A stretch of 64,000 nucleotides of DNA from the NCBI RefSeq assembly GCF_009914755.1, contig NC_060947.1. One strand, written 5' to 3'. Numbering within the stretch: the stretch's first letter is position 1; each line of letters begins with the position of its first letter. Positions 15,136 through 26,475 of this stretch are shown here, in pieces. The notes under the pieces were generated by a model. The model did no database searches. It had not been told where the DNA came from and saw only the letters and a program-made list of their open reading frames with translations. The position numbers and the translations under genes were made by a program. Origin of the DNA: the human T2T-CHM13v2.0 reference genome, Homo sapiens.

Positions 15136-15537
15136 AAGTACATTTAAATACTGTCTCTTGGAAGCCCTACACAATACCCTGAACCCCTCACCCACCACGT
15201 TCTTGCTCCCCTATTTCCTTACATTATCTTCTATATACATTCCTAAAGCATTTAGTCCAGCCTGTCTTTATTTCCCCCCTACTCAATACTAAGCTGCTTG
15301 AAGACATAAGCCACATCTTCCTTTGACTCTCCCACACCTCAGCCCAGTACATTTTGTGTGGGGGATAGAGGGAATGCAGGATGAGAAAAACCCCTTTTTC
15401 CAAAATCTTAAGCAACAATCCAATGTATAAAGCAAAGGCCCCAGGTGCTCTAGACCAGAGGTGAGAGATCCACACTCCTTTCTGCTCCTTTCTCCCCCTC
15501 ACCAAGGCACTGCCATGGTAACCCTAGGGTTCAGAGC

Positions 15538-15861
15538 CAGGAGTCTGCAAACCTTTTCTGTAAAGGGCCAAATACTGAATTTTTTAAGCTTTGGGGGCCA
15601 TATGGTCTCTGTCACAACTATTCAACTCTGCTTTTGTATCACAAAGGCAGCGATACACAATAAGCAAATGAGTGGGCATGGCTGTGTTCCAATGAAGGTT
15701 TATTTTTGGATGCTGAAATTTGAATTTCATTATAATTTCATATACTTGTACCACCAAACACTATTCTTCATTTGATATTTTCCTAACAATTTAAAAATGT
15801 AAAAATCATTCTTAGCTTGTTGGCTAGATTTGGCCAGCAGGCTATAGTTTGTTGACCCCTG
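15538..15861. mobile_element. MER58B-type hAT-Charlie MITE
   Basis: caggagtctgcaaaccttttctgtaaagggcc ... ctatagtttgttgacccctg termini. Confidence 0.8.
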
Positions 15862-16332
15862 ATCTAAGGAGTTGAGCTAGATTATCCCCAAGGTCATCCA
15901 ACTTGGACATTATAGCTCAGGCAGTCCAGAAGCAACATGAGCACTGTGCAGAGAGTAAAGCCTGAAACAATAGTGCTGACATGTAAATTCTAGAAAGTAG
16001 ATAACAAAGTGGACTGTTCCAGGTTAGGAGAATTAAAAAAGAAGGAGATTCAAGTTCTGCTCCTACCTCTCACTTTCCCAAGCTGTACGGCACTTTTAAA
16101 TGCTAGGTAGTTCATCTACCCTCAGAACTTCAACTGTCATCAATACCTCCCAATCCCTCTGAGCTCAATATCTGATCACCAACTGCCTATTAGATATCTA
16201 CAATGTAAGATTGTCCAAGCATCTGAAACTCATCAGGGCTGAGACTGTACTACTGTACTAGTCATCTCCTCCCGCTAAATCCTCCAGAAACACTGCTCTA
16301 TTTTGCACCCCCTATCTCCAGGAAGCATGTCA

Positions 16333-18884
16333 TGTATTAGCCCATTCTCGAACTGCTAATAAAGACATATCTGAGACTGGGCAATTTATAAAGGAAAGAG
16401 GTGTAATTGACTCACAGTTCAGCATTGGCTGGGGAGGCCTCAGGAAACTTACAATCACGGCAGAAGGGGAAGCAAACACATCATTATTCACATGGAGGCA
16501 GCAAGGAGAAGTGTAGAGAAAAGAGGAGGAAAAGCCCCTAATGAAACCATCAGATCTTGTGAGAACTCAGGCACTATCACAAGAATAGCATGAGGGTAAC
16601 TGCCCGCATGACTCAATTACCTCCCCAGGTCCCTTCCATGACACATGGGGATTATGGGAACTACAATTAAAGATGAGATTTGGGTGGGGACACAGCCAAA
16701 CCATAGCATTCCACCACCGGCCCCTCCCAAATCTCATGTCCTCACATTTCAGAACACAATCATGCCCTTCCAACAGTCCCTCAAAGTCTTAATTCACTCC
16801 AGCATTAACTCAAAAGTCCAAGTCCAAAGTCTCATCTGAGACAAGGCAAGTCCCTTCTGCCTATGAGCCTGGAAAATAAAAAGCAAGTTAGTTACTTCTT
16901 AGATACAATGAAATTATAGACATAAAGATGCCTAGATACAAAGACATTGGGTAAATAAGCCTATTCCAAATGGGATAAATTGGCCAAAAGAAAGGAGTTA
17001 CAGGTCCCATGCAAGTCCAGAATCCAGTGGAGCAGCCAAATCTTAAAGCTCCAAAATAATCTTCTTTGACGCCATGTCTCACATCAGGTCACTGTGAAAC
17101 AAGAGGTGGACTCCCACAGGCTTGGGCAACTCTGCCCCTCTGGCTTTGCAGGGTACAGTCCCCCTCCAGGCTGCCTTCATGGCTGGCATTGAGTGCCCAT
17201 GGCTTTTCCAGGCACACAGTGCAAGCTATTGAATCTATCATTCTGGTGTCCGGAGGACAGTGGCCCTCTTCTCACAACTCCACTAGGCAGTGCCCCAGTG
17301 GGGACTCTGTGTGGGAGCTCCAACCCCACATTTCCCTTCCACACTGCCTGAGCAGAAGTTCTCCATGAGGGCTCCACTGCTGCATTGAACTCCTTCCTGG
17401 ACATCCAGGCATTTCCATACATCCTCTGAAATCTAGGCAGACTTTCTTGGGAAGGTTTGGCCTCAATTCTTGACTTCTGTGTACCCGCAGGCCCAACATC
17501 ATGTATAACCTGCCACGGCTTGGGGCTTGTACCCTCTGAAGCAATGGCTTGAGCTCTACGTTGGCCCCTTTTAGCCACAGCTGAGATGCAGGTCACCAAG
17601 TCCCAAAACCTTACAAAGTAGCAAGGCCCTGGGCTGGCCCATGAAACCATTTTTTCCTCCTAGACCTCCAGGCACTTGATGGGAGGGGCTGCTGGGAAGA
17701 CCTCTGACATGCCCTGAAGACATTTTCCTCATTGTCTTGGCAATTAACATTTGGCTCCTTGTTACTTATTCAAATTTCTGCAGCCAGCTTCAATTTCTCC
17801 CCCAGAAAATGGGTTTTGCTTTTCTATTGCATGGCCAGGGTTGCAAATTTTCCAAACTTGTATGCTCTGCTTCCCTTTTCAACATAAGTTCTAATTCCAA
17901 GCCATATCTGTGTGAATTAATAAAACAGAATGCTTTTAAGGGCACCCAAGTCATCTCTTGAATGCTTTGCTGCTTTGAAATTTCTTCCACCAGATATCCT
18001 AAATCATCTCTCTCAAGTTCAAAGTTCCACAGATCTCTAGGGCAGGGGCAAAATGTTGCCAGCCTCTTTGCTAAAACATAGAAAGAATCACCTTTGCTCC
18101 AGTTCGCAATAAGTTTCTCATCTCTATCTGAGACCACCTCAGCCTGGACTTTTTGGTCAAAACCATTCAGTGGTTGATCAGTGTCAATTCATAGTAGATC
18201 CTCTACATTTGTGTTGAATAAATTAATAACCTGAAAGTACCTATAAAAAGGCACTTTATCCCCATTTTATGTAAGATAATACTGAGAATAAAGTAGATTT
18301 GCCAATTGGTAATAGTTTCAGGACTGAGAAACGTAAAAGCCAGGTCCTAAACCTAGGCCCTAAACCATTCTCTAAGAAGCTCCAAACTTTCCCACATCTT
18401 CCTGTCTTCTTCTGAGCCCTCCAAACTGTTCCAACCTCTGCCCGTTACCCGGTTCCAAAGTTGCTTCCATATTTTGGGGTATCTTAATAGCAGTATCCTA
18501 CTCTACTGGTACCAATTTACTGTATTAGTCCATTTTCATACTGCTATGAAGAAATACCGGATACTAGGTAATTTATAAAGAAAAATAGGTTTAATGGACT
18601 CACAGTTCCACATGGGTGGGGAGGCCTCACGATCACGGCAGAAGGTGAAGGAGGAGCACAGGCACATCTTACATGGTGGCAGACAAGAGAGCCTGTGCAG
18701 GGGAACTGCCCTTTATAAAACCATCAGATCTTTTGAGAACTCACTTACTATCATGAGAACAACATGAGGGTAACTGACCCCATGATTTGATTACCTTCCC
18801 CCAGGTCCCTCCCATGACACATGGGGATTATGGGAACTAAAATTCAAGATGAGACTGGGGTGGGGACACAGCAAAACCATATAA
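16333..18884 (-). mobile_element. Full THE1-type ERVL-MaLR provirus (LTRs 16333-16708 and 18521-18884)
   Basis: Two antisense LTRs (tgtattag...cagccaaaccata) flanking THE1-int; carries a foreign insert at ~18170-18370. Confidence 0.92.
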
Positions 18885-19708
18885 CCATCCATCTAGTTTC
18901 ACAAAAAGACTGTCACTAGAAGGAAGCATAGGAGGACTAGGATATGTCAGGTGTTTATTGAACCTTCACAAGATTGATAGCAGCATTTTTACTATTAGCA
19001 ACATCTATCAGGCTTTGGCCCACAGTCCAAAGCTGACTACAAGCCCTTAGATTCTGTGTTTCTACAATCGCAGGCATATAGTTCAACTAATCATGACAAT
19101 GACTGCAGGTTGTCTCCCAAAAACATCGTTTTTCCCTTCTTCCTCTGTATTAGAAACCCTACTCCCAATTTTTAGGTGTACACTTGCCACCTAGTTTATA
19201 TAACTGCATTTCCTAGCTTCCCTTGCAGCTAGCAGCAGCCATGTGACACAGTTCTTCAATGAGACATAAGTAGAAGTATTAAATAGGACTTCTAGGAAGA
19301 CTTCTTAAAAAGGAGGGGTGAAGAACTTTTCCTTCTCTTTTGCCTTCCAAAATTATGGATGTTAATAGATTTTCTTGAGCTTTAGCACTCATCTTGGACT
19401 ATGAATAATGGAAGCCAAGTGCTATGGATGATAGAGGAGAAAAGTCTCTAAAGACTTCCTGAAGCTGCCATACTGGCCCAGGTATGCCTGTCTCCTGATT
19501 TTTTTTTATGTGAAAAAATAAAACCTGTGTGTTTTAAGTCAGTATAGATATACTTCTGTTATTCATAGCTGAATAAAGTAAAATCAGCTGTTAAACCTTG
19601 CAGTTGGTCATTCCATCTGGAGAGATGGCCACCGAGTCATATATGACTCTTACACAGGTCATATGGTATTTGGCATGGAATTGGTCCACAATTCCATATT
19701 CTTATCCA

Positions 19709-20592
19709 GAGTGGTGGCACACCAAAGGTGTGGCAATGGGAGCAGACAACCCTGAGTGCAAGCAACAAGAGTACACTAGCTATAGATAATTTTTTTTAAG
19801 ACTAAAAGTCAAAGCGTTTTATATCACCTTGCACCAGCAATTTTAAACAATGTTAGAAATAAAACACTCCTTCCTTAATACAAAAAACAAACAACAACAA
19901 CAACAAAAACAAAACAAAACAACTTTGGTTGGTCAAAGTTTAAAACAATTGTGGTTACTTTTAATAATATATATGAAGCTTGAAATTAGCACCTTTTTAT
20001 TTATCCTTTAATCGACACTTTATTCTACATGGAAGTTGACTCAGAGAGCTCCCAGTTGCATCGTTGGCCCCTGACGCACACAGTTGTAACTACAAGTGTT
20101 CGTTCAGCTCATTTCAGTTTGTAAAGGTTCAAAATCATTCAAGATACCATTAGGTCAGTTTTGTGTCCACAATCCCTCTGGTACTATATGTTCCAGCATT
20201 TACACAGTAGGTTGAAAGTAAACAATAATAACATAGTGATTATAAAGACAAAAAAAACAGAATGTGGGTCACTTCAATTCTGTCATTCTGTGTGACCAAT
20301 TGTAGTTTTATGTGTGCTTAAAATCTAAAACAGTGAAACAATGAAAATTGAAAGGTGTAATACTTCTATTTAGTGAGTGCACATTGTAGTTTATACATGA
20401 GTTAAATTTTGAATTTGAATATCTTTACCATTAAAATGTATTGTTTTCCTCGGTAATTGAAAATAAAAGAATAAATCAAGAAAATAATAAATAGTACTGA
20501 TTATTACTGAAAATAATTTTTTCATATATAAGACTATTAAAAATGATCCATTCTAGATATTACAGATAAACAGTAGGTGTACCACAACACTG
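19709..20592. mobile_element. Degraded hAT-Tip100 (Zaphod-like) DNA transposon
   Basis: Degenerate termini agtggtggcac ... aaaatgatcc...ggtgtaccac..cactg resemble recalled Zaphod ends; AT-rich interior. Confidence 0.45.
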
Positions 20593-20869
20593 AAGTGCTA
20601 ATAATACACTTAATCTTCTTCTCCAGAATTCCAGAAAGCAGGGTATTAATTTATTGGTAATCCACATAGAACCAAGTCTCAATTAGCCCTACCATGGTCA
20701 GAAGTCCAAAAGCAGATCACTCGAACATTGACTTAGATATGAAATGCCCCTCCATGTATAGACCCACTCTATGTTCTTTCTAGCCCCACTCTTAGCGATC
20801 TGAGGGTCCGAGCAGGTGATCAGAAAGGAGAAAGACACGTATCATCTATAAACAATGATGTCAGTCATT

Positions 20870-21525
20870 TCATATAGATCATCTCCACCATTATCACCCT
20901 GATCCAAGCAACCATCACGTCTAACCTGGGCCTCCTCACAGTTCTCGTCCTTGTCCCACTACAATTTAGCCTCCTGTTAAAATTTAAGTCAGATCATGTC
21001 CCTCATCTGTTCAAAACCTTTCAATGGCTCCCAATCTCACTCAGAATAATGCCCTATAAAAGTGGCTGTTTTCTCTCTGATTTCATCTATCCTTCTTCCA
21101 TGTACTAATTCTTTATCCCAAGGACATTGGCCTCCTTGCTGTTCTTTAAACAAACCAGTTGTGTTCTTTCTGGATGTTCTTTATGCCTAAAATCCTCTTC
21201 TCCTAAACATATACACAGAGCTTGTTCCTGCACTTCCTTCACATCTTTGCTCAAATGCCCCTTAACTAGTGAGGCTTTGATGGATCTAATATACCATCCA
21301 ACTTCCCATGTGTCTCTATGCTCTTAACAGGTTTTATTTTTTTTCCTAGTGATTACCACCTCCTGACATAGTGTATATTCATTTCTGTTATGGTTTAATG
21401 AACTTCACAACCCCTAGAATATAAGCTCCATGAAAGTGAGGAATTTTTTTTCATTGTGATCTCCCCTGAACTTAGATCAGTGTCATTTCATAGCAGATCC
21501 CCTACATTTGTGTTGAATAAATTAA
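20870..21525 (+). mobile_element. L2 3' fragment
   Basis: tcagatcatgtc..caaaacctttcaatggctccc...tagaatataagctccatgaa...tgttgaataaa. Confidence 0.75.
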
Positions 21526-22547
21526 TGACCCGATAGTACCTATAAAAAGGCACTTTATCCCCATTTTATGTAAGAGAATACTGAGAATAAAGTAGGTTCG
21601 ACAATTGGTAATAGTTTCAGGACTGAGAAACATAAAAGCCGGGTCCTAAACCTCTGATTTGTTACTCTGAGAACAGTGTTCTTTCCAATTTAGGCATACT
21701 GGCTAACCCAGCACAAACTGGCATTGCAGAAAGAAGCCAAGAATAAATAACAATTTACCGTCCAGTGTGAACTCACAGTTTAGCATCCTGTATCTATGAG
21801 ACAGATTTTATTCTGTAAAATCTTGAACAATGTTTTATGTTCAAGGCCCACGATTTACATGTAACACTTGAAATAAGTTACTACAGTCAAATGTACTAAA
21901 AAGAAATCTCACTGTTATAAAAAGCTCAGTTTGTACTTCGGGCACCTTGCAAACGAAAGAACAAGGAGCAAAGATCTTTCAGCTAGCCACGTTATAAAAT
22001 GGTGGCTAGATACACAATCCCTATTTGTTCGTAATGAGCCACTAGTTAAATTTTATCCAACACATACTTCTAGGAATCTGAGAATCTAAGGCCTAGAAGG
22101 AATTTTGGTGCTTATTAACATCCGCATTTAATAGGTAAGAAATCTGAGGCCCAAAGGATTTCTGTTAGTGGCAAGGCCAAAACTTAGAGGTTCCCTGCCT
22201 CTCAGGCAAGAATAGAGTTTACTACTCCCATCTCTTGAATTCTGGTAAACAGCTAAATAAATGCTTTCATCATATAATATTCATTGTCTCAGTCCTCTAA
22301 GAATATTATGAGATTTTTCCCCATCAACCAATCCTTAATTACACAGTCTCCACAAGATGTCTGCCACCCTTTTCTCTCTCATACACTGTTGGCAAAACTT
22401 CAAATTTCTTCATTAATTTAACCTGTTGTCAATGAGTGGCTCTGGGCCCCTATACTTCAATATATTTGGGAGAGGAAGTAAGTCTCACCCTGACCCAGTT
22501 CCCAGTTGCCAGAAATGCCAGGACTGGCATGGATTTTTTTCGGGTAA

Positions 22548-22828
22548 TTTTTTTTTTTTTTTTTTGAGATGGAGTTTCGCTCTTGTTGCTCAGGCTGGAC
22601 TGCAACGGCACAATCTCGGCTCACCGCAACCTCCCCCTCCTGGGTTCGAGTGATTCTCCTGCCTCAGCCTCAGGCATGTGCCACTACGTCCAGCTAATTT
22701 TGTCTTTTTAGTAGAGACGGGGTTTCTCCACGTTGGTCAGGCTGTTCTTGAGCTCCCGACCTCAGATGATCCACCCGCCTCGGCCTCCCAAAGTGCTGGG
22801 ATTACAGGCGTGGGCGGCCGCGCCCGGC
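22548..22828 (-). mobile_element. AluSp-like element with a short internal deletion
   Basis: Diagnostic gtttcgctcttgttgc, ctcaccgcaacc and tttctcca; lacks cccgagtagctgggatta at ~22670; TSD-like tc(g/a)ggtaa. Confidence 0.92.
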
Positions 22829-24259
22829 TTTCAGGTAAATTTAATGGCACTAGATCATCCTGAAGAAAGTCCTTTCCCAAGATCATGACTATGTTCCTTT
22901 CTTCCCCTCTCAGCACCATTTGAGCAAATGATTGGTGGAGCAGTGGGGAAGGACTGTGGCAGTCAGGAGACTCAAGTGCTAGACTCAGCTTTGCCTCCAA
23001 GGAGTTTGTGGTCCTGGGCAAGTCTCTCCCACTCTCTGGATCCCAGCTTTCCTGGCTGGACAGCAAGGACTCTAAGGTCTTTACCTGCTCTAATCTTTTC
23101 TGGTTCTACAAACATTTGATGCAGCTTTAATGGGACCTCAGGGAAGTAGGGAGGTCTGGGAAGAAGGGTCTTTTGAAGCCCCAGCACATAGGCATATGAA
23201 CCGGATGCCCTTAAGAACCACTGAAACAGAGATCTAACAAAACTCTGAGGAAGGGAAGAGGACAGCCCCTCTGAATATAGTCCTAGCCCACACCAGATTC
23301 CCTCTTCCCCTCCACAATGAAAGCAAAAATGGAGTTAAATATCAGTTTTTGCCCAACCACTTCAGGCTACTTTCCTTCATCTGCGGGTTATGGGTGGCAG
23401 CGTAGAAGTGTGGGCTATTGCCATCAGTGCCTGCTGACCCAACCTAACTGCCTTCTAAGGCCCTTTTGCTTATGCCTCCCAGCTGAGGACAAAGTCATGG
23501 GGGCCTCCCACTCCCCAGAGGCCCTAACCAGGCTTAAGCTGCTCCTGGCTAAGTCAGAGAGGCATCAAAATGCAGCCACCACTTCCTCTCTGCAAAAGGA
23601 AGTCATTCCAAGGTCTCCAGGTGGAGAAGGGAACACCATGGCATAAAATGAACTGTTGGAGGATTATACTAAACACACACACAAGCACACACTCCTTGGG
23701 AGGGAGAGAAGAGCTCTGTTAACTGACTGTGGCCCAAGCCCATTTCCAGAATGTGGGTTTCTGCAGCTGTCTCTCCTTGACAAAGCCCCAAGTGTGGACA
23801 GGGTGACCCCAGCCCGGACAAGGAAGGGCTTTAGGGCTCCCTCAGGCAGCTTCCTGAGAGAGAGAGAGTGGCTCTCTGGCCCTCATGCTCTGGGGCTGAC
23901 CAGGGAAAGGAGTTGCAGAAAATCTAGTTGGGGGCAGGGGGGAGTCATGCAGCTCTCCCATAAGGCCCCCTCCACAATTCCAGGCTTTGTGACCGTCCCC
24001 TCCCCCCACAACCCCGTGCCAGCTTGTCAGCCTCCTGCGAGCTTCACTGCTTCCAGAGAAGCCCTCTGCCATCCCCCTTCCCTCTCTGGCCTCCCAAGTG
24101 ACCCCTGGGATGTTCCTGGGCACATAATCTGGCCCCCACCCCTATTCCACCTTAATCTCAGAGGGAGATAGAAAAGTGGAGGGGGATGGTAGGGGGGTTT
24201 CCTGGGCAGGCAGGCTAGCAGGGACTCCTAAAATGGCCACAGCAAGCTCACTGGTGTCT

Positions 24260-24860
24260 CAAGGACGGCGGCTAGGGCGGTGGGCAGAGGCCAGGGTGCT
24301 CACTGCCTTGTGGCTCGTTGGAGGAACTGGAGGTGGGGCTGGGGGACTGAGAGGCTCAAGCAAGGGAAGCCAAGGTTACATGCACTCACCATTCCCGATC
24401 CGCCCCTTATCCACTGCATGGTGCTTGCGAAGTCCGGCTTCTCTGAGGCCCCGTAGCTGGCGCGAGTTGTCGCGGGCTGACTAGAAGGGCTGGGCTGAAG
24501 CAAGCGAGAGCCCCAGCGCCCCCTCCGCCGCCCCTCCTCCACAGCCCTACAACCCAATCCCCTCCGCCCCGGACCTCGCCTTCAGTCAGTTTGTTCCATG
24601 CCAACCGGCAGGCTCTGTCTCTCCGCCCTGCTGCTCCTAGAGGTCTTGGCAGGGAGAGGTGCGAGTGTGGGGGGGTCCTAATGGGCTGCTTTTGTCCCCC
24701 ACCAAGGCTTGAGAACTGTGGGGGTGGGGTGCAGGGAGAGGATGGGGGCGAATAGCCTCCGCCCGCCCAGGAGAAGGCAGCTGCTACCTCTGCCTGCCTC
24801 CCGCTGCGCTGGAGTTAGATGCTGTTTATTGTGGGGCTTCCCAATTGTGTCGAGTCAGCG
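24260..24860 (-). promoter_or_regulatory. ARHGEF9: CpG island / proximal promoter and 5'UTR of ARHGEF9
   Basis: Only CpG-dense, GC-rich tract of the window, with several CCGCCC GC-boxes (e.g. ~24564, ~24623, ~24759), surrounding the first coding exon. Confidence 0.85.
24390..24419 (-). CDS. ARHGEF9: ARHGEF9 (collybistin, Cdc42 GEF) first coding exon, encoding MQWIRGGSGM
   Basis: Minus strand reads GCAAGCACC-ATG CAG TGG ATA AGG GGC GGA TCG GGA ATG|GTGAGT: Kozak with -3 A, 10 codons, then a consensus phase-0 splice donor at 24389. MQWIRGGSGM is the recognised N-terminus of SH3-containing collybistin. Nearby MIR1468 and a BTF3 pseudogene fit the known locus. Confidence 0.95.
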
Positions 24861-25275
24861 GAAAGTCCTTTCCAAAGTTACCAGAGGTGTTGTGCCAATC
24901 TCCAGAATAATAAGATCCTGCCCCAGTGGAGCCAAGCCAGCACTCTCATGCCTCCCTCCCCCACCCTCCCTCTGCATACTCCCCTAGGGTCTTCTCTCTT
25001 TGTGTACTATCTGAGAGCTTTCATCTGCATTACTTTCACTTCTCAGAACAACCCTGTAGAGGCAGCCATTAGTATCTCCAAGTTATAGATAAATAAATGG
25101 AGGTTTGGAAGAGGGAAGGGGCATAAGGTCACATTAAAGAAAAAAAAAAGATAAATCCTCGACTTTACCCTCTGCGGCTTTCCAAGCCTCTTTCGGCTAT
25201 CTCTCCCTTTCTATCTCACACACACCACTCCAGGCTTCTCCTTCATGCCCTTAGGAACATGAAAGGTAGCTTGTT

Positions 25276-25361
25276 GATGGACGAATTTTCCATTTGCTTA
25301 TTTTGCTGAGAATGAGTTGAATGCACATCAGCGAAACAGGCAAACGGAGAAACCACCCACC
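25276..25361 (-). ncRNA. MIR1468: microRNA precursor mir-1468 (5p arm 25329-25349, 3p arm 25286-25307)
   Basis: Reverse complement GGTGGGTGGTTTCTCCGTTTGCCTGTTTCGCTGATGTGCATTCAACTCATTCTCAGCAAAATAAGCAAATGGAAAATTCGTCCATC forms a long imperfect hairpin and contains the recalled miR-1468-5p CUCCGUUUGCCUGUUUCGCUG. Confidence 0.93.
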
Positions 25362-26225
25362 TCTTTATGATTCCCCCAACTCTGGGGAACACAACACAGG
25401 CTGGTACCTTTGCTTAGGCTAAAAATTGACTTTGTCAGTCACACTAACATCTGTTATTATCCCTTATAATCCTCACAGTAACTCTATGAGATGGACACAA
25501 CAAGGATTCTTAATTGCCCACCATTACAGACTTGAACACTGAAGCCCAGAGATTGAAAGACTTCTGCTTAAAGTAGCACAGCCAAACAAGACAAGAATCC
25601 AAGGCTCCTGACTAGAAGAGCAGGTCAGGCAAAGACAGAATTGCAAAAACAGAGGTTGCAACCAAAGTAAAAGGAGTTACAGTATGATATTAGAAAGAAG
25701 TTCCTGGAGATAATTGACATGAAGACATCACTGGCCTGTTACACGTACTTTATTTGTCCTCTTCTTTTTAGCACAACTTCTGCACTTCATCCAACCTGTT
25801 GTTTTGTCCATGCAGAGCTGGGCAAAGATAGAAGCAGTACCTTAATGAGCACCCCATCATGGGAGGTGTACAAGCAGAAGCTGAATGACCCTTTGGCAAG
25901 GGATTCCTGAATCAAATGGGAGGTTGCCCTGGATGACCTTTCAACTTCCCTCCCAAGTCTGGTAACCCAGGCATCAGTGATTCCACAATGTTCTCTCACT
26001 TTCCCATCTCTGGGCCTTCTTTCATGCTCAGTATCTTGGATGCACCTCCCCTGCCAACCAGCCCATTCAAACTGTCATGACTGTTCAAGATCTGGCACCA
26101 GGCACACCACCTTTAGAAAGCTTTCCAGGAATACCTCCAGGCCCTGATTTTGTCATCTTTCATTTGATTCCTATAGCACTACGATTTCACTGTCTCGATT
26201 AAAAATGATCTTTTTATTTCCTGGA

Positions 26226-26475
26226 TGTTACGGGCTGAATTGTTTTCCCCCAAAATTTATATGTTGAAGTCCTTCCAGTACCTCAGAATCTGATGACTCG
26301 GAGAAGACAGTCATCTAAACAGCAAGCCAAGGAGAGAGGCCTCAGAAGACCCAACCCCACTGATACCTTGTTCTCAGACTTCTGGCCTCCAGGACTATAA
26401 GAAACTCAATTTCTGTTGTTTAAGCCACAGAGTCTGTGGTATTTTGTTATGGCACAGCCCTAGCGAACTAACACA
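26226..26475 (+). mobile_element. MLT1 (MaLR) LTR, internally deleted
   Basis: tgttacgggctgaattg...tatgttgaagtcct ... ttctgttgtttaagccac...gcgaactaacaca. Confidence 0.75.

Noticed and set aside
22910-23065. Possible REST/NRSE site (CAGCACCA ... GGACAGC)
   Set aside because: The half-sites are ~140 bp apart, outside canonical or known non-canonical spacing.
23317-25088. Several 65-171 aa ORFs around the CpG island
   Set aside because: Expected in GC-rich DNA; many start at TTG/GTG and none has recognisable domains. Only the 10-codon ARHGEF9 exon is supported.
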